A program made the translations under genes and the position numbers. 64,000 bases of DNA from Bacilli bacterium (GTDB taxonomy: Bacteria; Bacillota_I; Bacilli_A; RF39; UBA660), in the NCBI GenBank assembly GCA_017460175.1, contig JAFUBO010000003.1, positions 96,651 to 160,650 on the forward strand, in the 5' to 3' direction. The notes under the pieces are model-generated. The model did no database searches and had not been told where the DNA came from. It saw only the letters and a program-made list of their open reading frames with translations. Of this stretch, positions 46,803 to 56,068 are shown piece by piece. Position 1 is the first letter of the stretch; the number at the start of each line of letters is the position of its first letter.

Positions 46803-48188
46803 ATGAAATTAAATAAATTGATTGAAACAGATTTAGATATTAGTGTGAAGGGAATTGTTGATGATTCTCGATTGGTTAAATCTGGGTATATATTTGTAGC
46901 AACTCGTGGTTTCAATGTAGACCATTTTAATCATATAAAAGATGCAATAGATAATGGTGCAGTATTTTTAATTGTTGATAGAGAAATAGATTTTTCTTTT
47001 CCACATATTCTTGTAGATGATATAAATAATTATTATAAAGAGTTATGTCTAAAATATTATGATATTAATTTAGATGAATTTAATTTTATTGGTATTACAG
47101 GAACTGATGGTAAAACTACTACGGCTACTATAATTAGTAGATTAATTGAAAATAGTGCTTATATTGGTACTAATGGATTAACTATTAATGGTAAAACTAT
47201 TAGTACTAGTAATACTACACCTTGTATTAGTGAGTTATATAGTGATTTAAGAAGAATAAAAGATGCTGGTATTAAGACCGTTGTTATGGAAGTTTCAAGT
47301 GAAGCATTACTTCATAATAGAGTAGATAATATAAAATTTGATATTGTTGGATTTACTAATATAACTGGTGATCATTTAAATGTTCACGGTGATTTTAAAA
47401 ATTATTTAGAATCTAAATTAAAATTATTAAATTTAGTAAAAGAAAATGGTTATGTTGTTGTTAATAACGATGATATTAATTTGCGTAAAATAAAGTATAA
47501 AAATATATATTCTTTTGGTAAAAAAAATGCAAACTTTATAATAAAAAATATTTCTTTTATGGGTGAAAATGTAATTATTAATATTGAATATAAAGATATA
47601 AATTATTCTATTAAAAGTCCTTTAAAAGGTGAATATAATGTTTATAATGTTGTAATGGCTTTTATAATAGGTAAACTTTATGGAGAAAATGTAAATATTA
47701 TGATAAACAAAATAGAAAGTTTAAAACCTATTAGTGGAAGATGCGAATTTTTAGATTTTGGGCAAGATTTTGATATTATTTTAGATTATGCACATACAAT
47801 TAATGGTATTTCTAGTATTTTAGATACTTTCAGAGATCATGATACTTTAATTACTGTAACAGGATGTGCAGGAGGGCGTGAACATAAAAAAAGAAGTGTT
47901 ATTGGAAAAATGATTATGGATAAATCTGATATATCTATATTTACTATGGATGATCCAAGATATGAATCTGTTGATTCTATAATTGATGAAATGGTGGGAC
48001 AAAATACTGATTATATTAGAATAGTTGATAGAGAAGAAGCAATTAACTATGCATTAGATATTGCTCCACCTAATAGTGCTTTATTAATACTTGGTAAAGG
48101 TAGGGATGAGTATATGGCAATAAAGGATAAAAAATATAAATATTCAGATTATGAAGTCATTAAAAAGTACTTTGAAAATAGGTTTTAA
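46803..48188 (+). CDS. murE: UDP-MurNAc-dipeptide amino-acid ligase MurE (DDPR specificity motif)
   Basis: GITGTDGKTT, TTP, MEVSSEAL, DHLNVH, DYAHT, MDDPR, GKGRD. Start moved to 46803. Confidence 0.92.
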   Translation: MKLNKLIETDLDISVKGIVDDSRLVKSGYIFVATRGFNVDHFNHIKDAIDNGAVFLIVDREIDFSFPHILVDDINNYYKELCLKYYDINLDEFNFIGITGTDGKTTTATIISRLIENSAYIGTNGLTINGKTISTSNTTPCISELYSDLRRIKDAGIKTVVMEVSSEALLHNRVDNIKFDIVGFTNITGDHLNVHGDFKNYLESKLKLLNLVKENGYVVVNNDDINLRKIKYKNIYSFGKKNANFIIKNISFMGENVIINIEYKDINYSIKSPLKGEYNVYNVVMAFIIGKLYGENVNIMINKIESLKPISGRCEFLDFGQDFDIILDYAHTINGISSILDTFRDHDTLITVTGCAGGREHKKRSVIGKMIMDKSDISIFTMDDPRYESVDSIIDEMVGQNTDYIRIVDREEAINYALDIAPPNSALLILGKGRDEYMAIKDKKYKYSDYEVIKKYFENRF

Positions 48189-48204
48189 CCTATTTTTCTT
48201 TTCC

Positions 48205-48233
48205 TTGACAATAGATTAAATAATTACTAAAAT
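48205..48233 (+). promoter_or_regulatory. SigA promoter of rny
   Basis: TTGACA-17 nt-TAAAAT, followed by a 5' UTR hairpin. Confidence 0.85.
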
Positions 48234-48276
48234 AGAAGTAGATTAGGTGAAATTCTAATCTAGATGGAGGAATTAT

Positions 48277-49830
48277 ATGAATAGTACAGTATTCTCCATT
48301 TTACTTGTTATAATTGGCCTTATAGTAGGGTTTGTTATCTCTTTAATTATTAATTCTATGAGGGGATCTATTGCTTCAAAAAAAGCAGACTCAATGATTA
48401 ATAATGCTAAAAAAGAAATAGAAAAATTAAAAAGAGATGCAGCTATTGAGCAAAAAGAAGAAGCTCATAAAGCAAAGATGGATTTAGATAAAGAAATTCG
48501 TGAAAAAAAGGAAGAATTAAAAGAAAGTGAAAATAGATTATTACAACGTGAAGCTAACATCGATAAACGTGATGAAATGTTTCAAAAACGTGAAGTTGCT
48601 TTAGATGAACGTGAAAATAAACTATCTGAAAAACAAGAAGAAATCCAAAATGAAAAAAGTAAAGTGGAGGAAATCAAAAGAGAACAATTAGATTTGTTAG
48701 AAAAAATCTCTGGATTTAGTAAAGACAAAGCACGTGAATTAGTTATGGTTAAAGTAAAAGAAAATATGTCTAAGGAAATTTCAGAGTATATTAAAGAAGC
48801 AGAAAATGAAGCTAAATTAAAGGCTGATAAAACTGCACGTGAGTTAATAGTAACATCAATGCAAAGATATGCAGCTGATATTGCTAATGATCAAACAGTT
48901 ACAGTTGTAGATTTACCTAATGATGAAATGAAAGGTAGAATAATTGGTAGAGAAGGTAGAAATATACGTACTATTGAAGCTATTACAGGAGTTGATTTAA
49001 TTATTGATGATACACCTGAAGCAGTAGTAGTATCTAGTTTTGATCCATTAAGAAGAGAAATAGCTAGAGTAACACTTGAAAGTTTAATTAAGGATGGAAG
49101 AATTCATCCAACTCGTATTGAAGAATTATATGATAAAGTTTGTAAAGATATGAAAAAGCAGATTATTGAGTATGGTAATGATACGATTATTGAATTAGGA
49201 CTTACAAAATTTGATCCTGAATTAATAGAAACAATTGGTAAATTGCATTTTAGAACAAGCTATGGTCAAAATGCTTTACAACATTCTAAAGAAGTAGCCG
49301 AACTTTCTGGATTACTTGCTGGTGAATTAGGAGAAAATGTTGCTTTAGCAAAAAGAGCAGGTTTACTTCATGATATAGGTAAAGCAATTGATCATGAAGT
49401 AGAAGGAAGCCATGTGGATATTGGTGTTGATATTGCTAAGAAATATCATGAAAATGAAGTTGTTATTAATGCAATTGCGTCTCACCATGGAGACACTAGT
49501 GCTACATCAGTTATTTCTGTAATTGTAGCTATAGCCGATGCTTTATCTGCATCACGTCCTGGTGCTAGAAATGATTCATTAGAAAACTATATTAATCGTT
49601 TATCTCAATTGGAAGAGATTGGTAATGAAATTAAAGGTGTTGAAAAAACATATGCTGTTCAAGCAGGCCGTGAATTACGTGTAATTGTTAAACCTGAAGA
49701 AGTAGATGATTTAGAAGCACATAAAATAGCTCGTGAAGTAAAAGAAAATATTGAAGCTAATTTAAAATATCCAGGAACGATAAAAATTACTGTAGTTCGT
49801 GAAACAAGGGCGATTGAAGAAGCTAAGTAA
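48277..49830 (+). CDS. rny: Ribonuclease Y
   Basis: N-terminal TM, coiled coil, KH domain [15 protein letters not shown] domain LHDIGK. Confidence 0.98.
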   Translation: MNSTVFSILLVIIGLIVGFVISLIINSMRGSIASKKADSMINNAKKEIEKLKRDAAIEQKEEAHKAKMDLDKEIREKKEELKESENRLLQREANIDKRDEMFQKREVALDERENKLSEKQEEIQNEKSKVEEIKREQLDLLEKISGFSKDKARELVMVKVKENMSKEISEYIKEAENEAKLKADKTARELIVTSMQRYAADIANDQTVTVVDLPNDEMKGRIIGREGRNIRTIEAITGVDLIIDDTPEAVVVSSFDPLRREIARVTLESLIKDGRIHPTRIEELYDKVCKDMKKQIIEYGNDTIIELGLTKFDPELIETIGKLHFRTSYGQNALQHSKEVAELSGLLAGELGENVALAKRAGLLHDIGKAIDHEVEGSHVDIGVDIAKKYHENEVVINAIASHHGDTSATSVISVIVAIADALSASRPGARNDSLENYINRLSQLEEIGNEIKGVEKTYAVQAGRELRVIVKPEEVDDLEAHKIAREVKENIEANLKYPGTIKITVVRETRAIEEAK

Positions 49831-49857
49831 AAAAGAGTTTTAAAACTCTTTTTTTTT
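49829..49857 (+). terminator. rny terminator
   Basis: AAAAAGAGTTT-TA-AAACTCTTTTT plus T run. Confidence 0.8.
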
Positions 49858-49882
49858 CGAATAATATAGTAGGAGGTGATAT

Positions 49883-50218
49883 ATGTATAATCTTTTACTA
49901 TTTTGGAATATTGGTAAAAAAGTATATGAAGATAAAAGTAGTAATGCAATAGAGAAATATTCTAACCATTATTCGTATTATTATGGTAATAGTTATTTAT
50001 TTAATAGAGAAAATATTAGACTTATGAAAGTATTTTACATATGCTTTCCTATTTTTTATAAAAGACTTAATAAAATTTCTTGGGAACAATATAAATTATT
50101 ATTTAAAATAAATAATAGACGTGAAAGATTATTTTATTTTTATATATCTTTATTTTTTAATAGTAATTTTGAAGAAACTAATGATTTCATTACTAATGAT
50201 TATTATATAAGGATATAA
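49883..50218 (+). CDS. Stand-alone DUF1016 N-terminal (YhcG-like) domain protein
   Basis: LLLFWNIGKKV...ENIRLMKVFY...ISWEQYKLL...RERLFY resembles DUF1016_N; no PD-(D/E)XK C-terminal domain; AGGAGGTGAT SD. Confidence 0.55.
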   Translation: MYNLLLFWNIGKKVYEDKSSNAIEKYSNHYSYYYGNSYLFNRENIRLMKVFYICFPIFYKRLNKISWEQYKLLFKINNRRERLFYFYISLFFNSNFEETNDFITNDYYIRI

Positions 50219-50276
50219 CATATTAATAATTAAGTTGTTTGGTTAATATTTAATTATTAGAAAAAAAGAGAAAAAA

Positions 50277-51959
50277 TTATTTTTCTCTTTTTATGTCTAA
50301 TATTATTGGAAGAATAATTGGTTTTCTTCCTGTTAAACTGTTAATGTATGGATATAATGTATCAGTTATATCTGCTTTTAATGTGGCAAAAGTTGATTTT
50401 GGATTTTGTAGTGCTGTTTTGATTGTTTCTTCGGCTTTATTCTCTATTTTATGAATTAGTTCTTCATTTTCATTTACTAAAATAAATCCTCTTGTAGTAA
50501 TATTAGGAGTAATTAATAATTCACGGTGTTTCATATCAACATTTATTATTACAACTAATATTCCATCTTTGGCCATAATTTGTCTGTCTTTAATTACAGC
50601 TCCACCAATTTCACCAATACGATTTCCATCTACATAGATATCTTGACCTGAATAACTTTTTCCTCTAGTTAATATATGATTTTTTAAGATTAATTCATCA
50701 CCATTTTTAATAATAAATGTATTTTCTTTAGGTATTCCACAGTTTATACCAATATTTGCTTGTTTTTTTAGCATTCTATAATCACCATGGAATGGCATTA
50801 AATATTTTGGTTTAATTAATCTAATCATTAATTTAATTTCTTCTTCATTAGCATGTCCTGAAGTATGTAAGTCTTGTAGGACATTATTTGTATATACCTT
50901 AACACCTTTTAAATACAATTTATTAATTGTTTTAGATATACTTAAGGCATTTCCTGGAATAGCAGATGAAGAGAAAATAACAACATCATCTGGTCTTAAT
51001 TTTATTTGTTTATGAGTACCATTAGCAATTCTAGAAAGAGCTGCGAGTGGTTCTCCTTGACTTCCTGTACATAAAATACATACTTCGTTTGGCTTTAAGG
51101 CATTAGCTTCTTCTGGAGATACTAACAGTTCTTTATGATCAATATATCCTCCATTTAAAGATATATTTATGTTATTCTCCATACTTCTACCAAAAATACA
51201 TATTTTTCTATTATATTTATAGCATGTTTCAAATATGTGTTTTACACGATAAATATTTGAAGCAAATGTCGCAATAATTATACGATTATTTCTCCATTTA
51301 CCAAACATTTCATTAAGTGTTTCATCAACAACTGATTCACTACTTGAAAATCCTTCATTTAAAGCATTAGTAGAGTCTCCTATAAGTACATCTACTCCTT
51401 CTTCTCCTAATTTAGCCATTTTGTATAAATCTGCCATTGGTCCAATAGGAGTTAAATCAAATTTGTAATCTCCAGTAGTTACTATTCTTCCATCTGGTGT
51501 AGTAATGCTGATTCCATGAGAATCTGGAATAGAGTGTGTAATTCTAAAGAATTCTACCTCAATATCTTTAAACTTTAATTTAGTTTTATCATCATATCCA
51601 TATAAATTGTCATATCTTATATTTCTGTCTTGTAATTTAACAGAAATTAATTCCTTAGCGTGGTTTGGCGCATATATTGCGGGTATATTTACACTTTGTA
51701 GTAAAAATGGAACTCCTCCGATATGATCTTCATGACCATGAGTTATTAAAAGAGCTTGAATTTTATCTTCATTTTCCTTTAAAAATGTAAAATCAGGAAG
51801 TACATAATCAACTCCCATTAATTCACCTTCAGGAAAACTTACACCGGCATCAATAATCACAATTGCGTCGTTATGCATTACACAATACATATTCTTTCCG
51901 ACTTCTCCTAAACCACCTAAGACAATGATTCTTGTATCATTCATCTTTTGTGTTTCCAT
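50277..51959 (-). CDS. rnj: Ribonuclease J (J1-like active site)
   Basis: LGGLGEVGKN, THGHEDHIGG, THSIPDS, TGSQGEP, HTSGHA. Start moved to 51959. Confidence 0.97.
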   Translation of the reverse strand: METQKMNDTRIIVLGGLGEVGKNMYCVMHNDAIVIIDAGVSFPEGELMGVDYVLPDFTFLKENEDKIQALLITHGHEDHIGGVPFLLQSVNIPAIYAPNHAKELISVKLQDRNIRYDNLYGYDDKTKLKFKDIEVEFFRITHSIPDSHGISITTPDGRIVTTGDYKFDLTPIGPMADLYKMAKLGEEGVDVLIGDSTNALNEGFSSSESVVDETLNEMFGKWRNNRIIIATFASNIYRVKHIFETCYKYNRKICIFGRSMENNINISLNGGYIDHKELLVSPEEANALKPNEVCILCTGSQGEPLAALSRIANGTHKQIKLRPDDVVIFSSSAIPGNALSISKTINKLYLKGVKVYTNNVLQDLHTSGHANEEEIKLMIRLIKPKYLMPFHGDYRMLKKQANIGINCGIPKENTFIIKNGDELILKNHILTRGKSYSGQDIYVDGNRIGEIGGAVIKDRQIMAKDGILVVIINVDMKHRELLITPNITTRGFILVNENEELIHKIENKAEETIKTALQNPKSTFATLKADITDTLYPYINSLTGRKPIILPIILDIKREK

Positions 51960-52093
51960 AAAATCTCCTTTCATAATTTTTTTTATAAAGAACTGACTAG
52001 TAAATTATACTACTTTTTTTTATTTTTGTCTATTAGTCTATTTATATTTTTAAATATTAAAGAATGTATGATATAATTTATTTGGTGATATAA

Positions 52094-53224
52094 ATGGGAT
52101 TATTTGACAAGATAAAAAAGATGTTTAAATCAAATGATGAAGAAAAAGAAATATCCACATATTCTGTTGAAAAAAAAGATTTGAGTGAGAAAAAAGTCAC
52201 AGATATTGTGGAAGAAAAAAATATAAATGATATAAAGTCTACAAAAGAAGTGGAAAAAATAAAAAAGGAGAGGAAAAAATCTTCTAAAGATGTTGAAAAG
52301 GAATCAGTAAAGATATATGAAAAAGGTTTAACTAAATCTAGACAAGGATTTGTGTCTAAGTTAGCTAATCTTACTAATAAATATAATAAAGTTACTGAAG
52401 AGTATTTTGATGAATTAGAAGAAATTTTAATAATGGCTGATATTGGTGTTAATACTGTTATGAGTTTTATGGATAGGTTGAGAGACAGAGTAAGAAGTGA
52501 ACATATAGAAGATCCTAAAGAATTAAAAGAAATAATTGTTGATGAATTATTTATTATATATGTTGATGATGAAGTTTTAAGTACTAAAATTAATTTATCT
52601 GATAAAGATATTTCTGTAATATTATTTATTGGAGTTAATGGAGTAGGTAAGACTACTACTATTGGTAAGATTGCAGCTAAACTTAAGGATGAAGGTAAAA
52701 AAGTATTATTAGTTGGAGCTGATACATTTAGAGCGGGTGCTGTTGCTCAATTAGATGAGTGGGCAGATCGTGTTGGCGTAGGTTTTTTTGGAAAAGAAGA
52801 TAGTGATCCTGCTAGTGTAGTGTATGATGGTATAGAAAAAGCTAAAGAAGAAGGATATGACGTGGTACTTGTTGATACTGCAGGTAGACTTCAAAATAAG
52901 GTTAATCTAATGAAAGAGTTAGAAAAAATTAATAAAGTAATTGATAGTTTAGTAGATGGAGGATGTAGCGAGACACTTCTTGTAATTGATGCTACTACTG
53001 GACAAAATGGTATTAGTCAAGCAAAAGCTTTTAAAGAAATTACTAATATTACTGGTATAGTGTTAACTAAACTTGATGGTACTGCTAAAGGTGGTATAGT
53101 ACTTGCTATTAAAGAGGAAGTTAAAATACCAGTTAAATATATTGGACTTGGTGAAACAAAAGATGATTTACAAGCATTCGATATTGAAAAATATATATAT
53201 GGTTTATTTAAGGATATGATGTAA
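52094..53224 (+). CDS. ftsY: Signal recognition particle receptor
   Basis: GVNGVGKTTT, DTFRAGA, DTAGRL, TKLDGTAKGG. Confidence 0.98.
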   Translation: MGLFDKIKKMFKSNDEEKEISTYSVEKKDLSEKKVTDIVEEKNINDIKSTKEVEKIKKERKKSSKDVEKESVKIYEKGLTKSRQGFVSKLANLTNKYNKVTEEYFDELEEILIMADIGVNTVMSFMDRLRDRVRSEHIEDPKELKEIIVDELFIIYVDDEVLSTKINLSDKDISVILFIGVNGVGKTTTIGKIAAKLKDEGKKVLLVGADTFRAGAVAQLDEWADRVGVGFFGKEDSDPASVVYDGIEKAKEEGYDVVLVDTAGRLQNKVNLMKELEKINKVIDSLVDGGCSETLLVIDATTGQNGISQAKAFKEITNITGIVLTKLDGTAKGGIVLAIKEEVKIPVKYIGLGETKDDLQAFDIEKYIYGLFKDMM

Positions 53225-53225
53225 T

Positions 53226-53486
53226 ATGAAGAAAAATAGAATTGGTTTAATGTTGTTTTTTATACAAGTATTATTTACTCTAGCTTGTATTGTATTTTGT
53301 ATAATGTATTTTTTAGGTAATAAGGGTATTACTAGTATATTAGAATTAACAGTAGCAGGGGATTTAATAATTATGAGTATTTGTAATGCACTTATGAAAA
53401 GAGATAAAAAATATACTTTTATATATTTGATAGTGGGTATTATAATGCTTATTATTGGTATATTAAATATTTTAGGAGTGATTTAA
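53226..53486 (+). CDS. Small ~3-TM membrane protein between ftsY and ylxM
   Basis: 1 nt after the ftsY stop; TAATG overlap with ylxM; hydrophobic helices. Confidence 0.75.
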   Translation: MKKNRIGLMLFFIQVLFTLACIVFCIMYFLGNKGITSILELTVAGDLIIMSICNALMKRDKKYTFIYLIVGIIMLIIGILNILGVI

Positions 53487-53779
53487 TGGAAGATTATGTT
53501 TATTATAATGAATTATATGATTTGTATGGTAATCTTTTAACTGATAAACAAAGAAAATATTTTGAGGATTATTATTTTAATAATTTAAGTTTTTCTGAAA
53601 TGGCAGAAGATTATGATATTAGTCGTAATGCTACTTTTAAACAAGTTCATATAGTATGTGAAAAATTAGATGAATATGAAGCTAAATTAGAGTTATATAA
53701 AAAGAGAAATGAATTATTAAAAATATCTTCTAAAATAGAAGATGAAAAATTAAAAGAGAGATTAGAAAATTTAATCTAA
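53486..53779 (+). CDS. ylxM: YlxM-family SRP GTPase modulator
   Basis: LYDLYGNLLTDKQ..YF..YY..NLSFSEMAE...ISRNA...LDEYEAKL. Confidence 0.93.
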   Translation: MEDYVYYNELYDLYGNLLTDKQRKYFEDYYFNNLSFSEMAEDYDISRNATFKQVHIVCEKLDEYEAKLELYKKRNELLKISSKIEDEKLKERLENLI

Positions 53780-53796
53780 TCTCTTTTATTTTTTTC

Positions 53797-53825
53797 TTGA
53801 TAAAAACTTTATTTATTAGTATAAT
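53797..53825 (+). promoter_or_regulatory. SigA promoter of the HerA-like gene
   Basis: TTGATA-17 nt-TATAAT, downstream of the ylxM terminator hairpin GAGATTAGA/TCTAATCTC. Confidence 0.8.
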
Positions 53826-53861
53826 TTTATGTAGAATAGGAAAGTGTGAAGAGGGGATATT

Positions 53862-55997
53862 ATGTTTGATCATATAACATATATTAGTGATGATTCTTGT
53901 AATGTTAAATTGAAAGACGATGCAGATATAAAAGTAAATTTAATGAATCTTCACTTAGTATTTGAGGATGATACTAAGAAAATTTTAGCAGAAGTAGATG
54001 ATTTAGATAATAATACTTTAAAAGCTAGATTTTTAGGAGAAATAGTTGGTGATAAATTAATTGGTGGTACTATTAGAAAACCAGCAATGGATGCTAAAAT
54101 AAGGGTTATTGAAAAGCAAGAAATTCCTCTAATTACTGGTAGTGATACAGTTGGATTTATGAAATTAGGTGTTAGTCCTTTTTATGATGAATTTCCAGTA
54201 TTTTTGGATGTTAATAATTTCTTTAGTAATCACTTTGCAATATTTGGTAATACTGGTTCAGGTAAATCTTGTGGTACTACTAGATTATTCCAAAATATGT
54301 TTCATGATCAAAGATTAAATCCATACAAAGCTAATGTGTTTATATTTGATTCATCTGGAGAGTATTATAATGCTTTTAGTAATTTAAATACTATTAATCC
54401 TAATTATAATTATAGATATATTAGTACTAATGAGACTGATGGTATAGGTGAAAAACTAAGATTACCAATTTATTTATTAAATAAAGATGATTTGGCATTA
54501 CTTTTACAATGTACTAATCATTCACAATTACCTATAATAGAGAGAATGTTGAAACTTGCATTAGTTTTTAGCCAAAATGATATTGATTCTAATGCTTATA
54601 AAAATTATTTAATAGCAAAAGCTATAATGACTATTTTGTATACTAACGAGACAGCTCCTAATAAAAGAAATGAGATATTTTCAATATTAGCTTCTTGTTC
54701 TACTGATGAATTTAATTTAGAAGCTCCTGTTCAAGGTATAGGTTATGTGCGTAAATTTAGAGAGTGTTTTTTAATAGATAATTCTGGAAATTTTACTGAA
54801 AGTGTATTGTTAACTGAATATGTTAATTCATTTATTAAAGATGAATTTGAGAACTATGAACCAAAGACTGGAGTATATTATACTTTAGATACCTTAGAAA
54901 AGGCGTTAAACTTTACTTTAATTAGTGAAGGTTGGTTAAGAAATGAACAAACATATGGAGATTCTGTTACTTTAAGAGTAAGATTACATGCTTTAATTAC
55001 TGGTGAAAATGCTAAATATTTTGACGTTAAAGAATATGTTTCTTTAGAAAAATATTTATCGTCATTATTAATTAAAGATGGTAAAAAGTATCAAATTGTT
55101 AATATTAATTTAAATGATATTGATGATGAATTTGCTAAGATATTAACTAAGATTTATTCAAGATTAATATTTGAGTTTTCTAAAGGACTTACTGATAGAG
55201 CAAGTATTCCTTTTCATATAATTTTAGAAGAAGCACATAGATATATTCAAGCGGATCATGATAGATTCTTGTTTGGTTATAATATATTTGAAAGAATTGC
55301 TAAAGAGGGAAGAAAATATGGAGTTATTTTAGGAATTATTACACAAAGACCAGTTGAATTATCTGACAATGTTATTTCTCAATGTACTAATTTCTTAATA
55401 TTTAAGATTAATCATCCTGTTGATGTTGAATATATTAGAAAGATGGTACCTAATATTACAGATGAAATTGTTGAAAAACAAAAATCTCTTCAATCAGGAA
55501 CTTGCTTAGGATTTGGTTTAGGTTTTAAGATTCCATTAATAATAAAAATGGAAATGCCTGATCCAGCTCCACTTTCTGGTAATTGTAATGTTGTTAAGAT
55601 ATGGAATGGTGAAAATAATAAAGTAGTAAATAATCCTACTGTGCAAAATAAGACAGATTTATCTGTAGCAGAGCCTGTAATTACTGCTACAAATAGTATT
55701 AATAATGTAGTAACACAGGATGCTAAATCAGATTTAGTTGTGGAAATTCCAAAAGTTCCAAAAGTAAAAGAAGAACAAGTTACTAATTCTAATGTTGAAG
55801 AAAAATTTGATGATTCATTTATAGTTACTGATACTCAAGATAGTAATTCAAAATCTGTAATTAATCAAAATGGTTTAAATGAAATTGCAAATGTAAATAT
55901 TAATAATCAAGGTATGGTTGAAAATAAACAAGTTGGACCAATACTAGAAATATCAGATGATGATGACGAAGATGATTTAGGTTTTGATGATGAATAA
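53862..55997 (+). CDS. HerA/FtsK-superfamily ATPase (DUF87), with acidic low-complexity tail
   Basis: HAS-barrel-like N-terminus (LGEIVG..LIGG..RKP), HFAIFGNTGSGKS, FDSSGEY, IILEEAHRY, ERIAKEGRKYG, TQRP, SQC. Confidence 0.88.
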   Translation: MFDHITYISDDSCNVKLKDDADIKVNLMNLHLVFEDDTKKILAEVDDLDNNTLKARFLGEIVGDKLIGGTIRKPAMDAKIRVIEKQEIPLITGSDTVGFMKLGVSPFYDEFPVFLDVNNFFSNHFAIFGNTGSGKSCGTTRLFQNMFHDQRLNPYKANVFIFDSSGEYYNAFSNLNTINPNYNYRYISTNETDGIGEKLRLPIYLLNKDDLALLLQCTNHSQLPIIERMLKLALVFSQNDIDSNAYKNYLIAKAIMTILYTNETAPNKRNEIFSILASCSTDEFNLEAPVQGIGYVRKFRECFLIDNSGNFTESVLLTEYVNSFIKDEFENYEPKTGVYYTLDTLEKALNFTLISEGWLRNEQTYGDSVTLRVRLHALITGENAKYFDVKEYVSLEKYLSSLLIKDGKKYQIVNINLNDIDDEFAKILTKIYSRLIFEFSKGLTDRASIPFHIILEEAHRYIQADHDRFLFGYNIFERIAKEGRKYGVILGIITQRPVELSDNVISQCTNFLIFKINHPVDVEYIRKMVPNITDEIVEKQKSLQSGTCLGFGLGFKIPLIIKMEMPDPAPLSGNCNVVKIWNGENNKVVNNPTVQNKTDLSVAEPVITATNSINNVVTQDAKSDLVVEIPKVPKVKEEQVTNSNVEEKFDDSFIVTDTQDSNSKSVINQNGLNEIANVNINNQGMVENKQVGPILEISDDDDEDDLGFDDE

Positions 55998-56020
55998 AAA
56001 TAGTGGAAACACTATTTTTT
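55996..56020 (+). terminator. Terminator between the HerA-like gene and ffh
   Basis: AAAAATAGTG-GAAA-CACTATTTTT plus T run. Confidence 0.85.
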
Positions 56021-56022
56021 CT

Positions 56023-56050
56023 TTGATTAAATGGGTATTTTTGCTATAAT
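56023..56050 (+). promoter_or_regulatory. Dedicated ffh promoter
   Basis: TTGATT-16 nt-TATAAT with TG extension. Confidence 0.65.
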
Positions 56051-56068
56051 AATTGATAGGTGATAGAT

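Noticed and set aside
50224-50259. TAATAATTAA / TTAATTATTA inverted repeat after the DUF1016-like gene as an element end
   Set aside because: Purely A/T, so low significance here; no matching partner repeat upstream.
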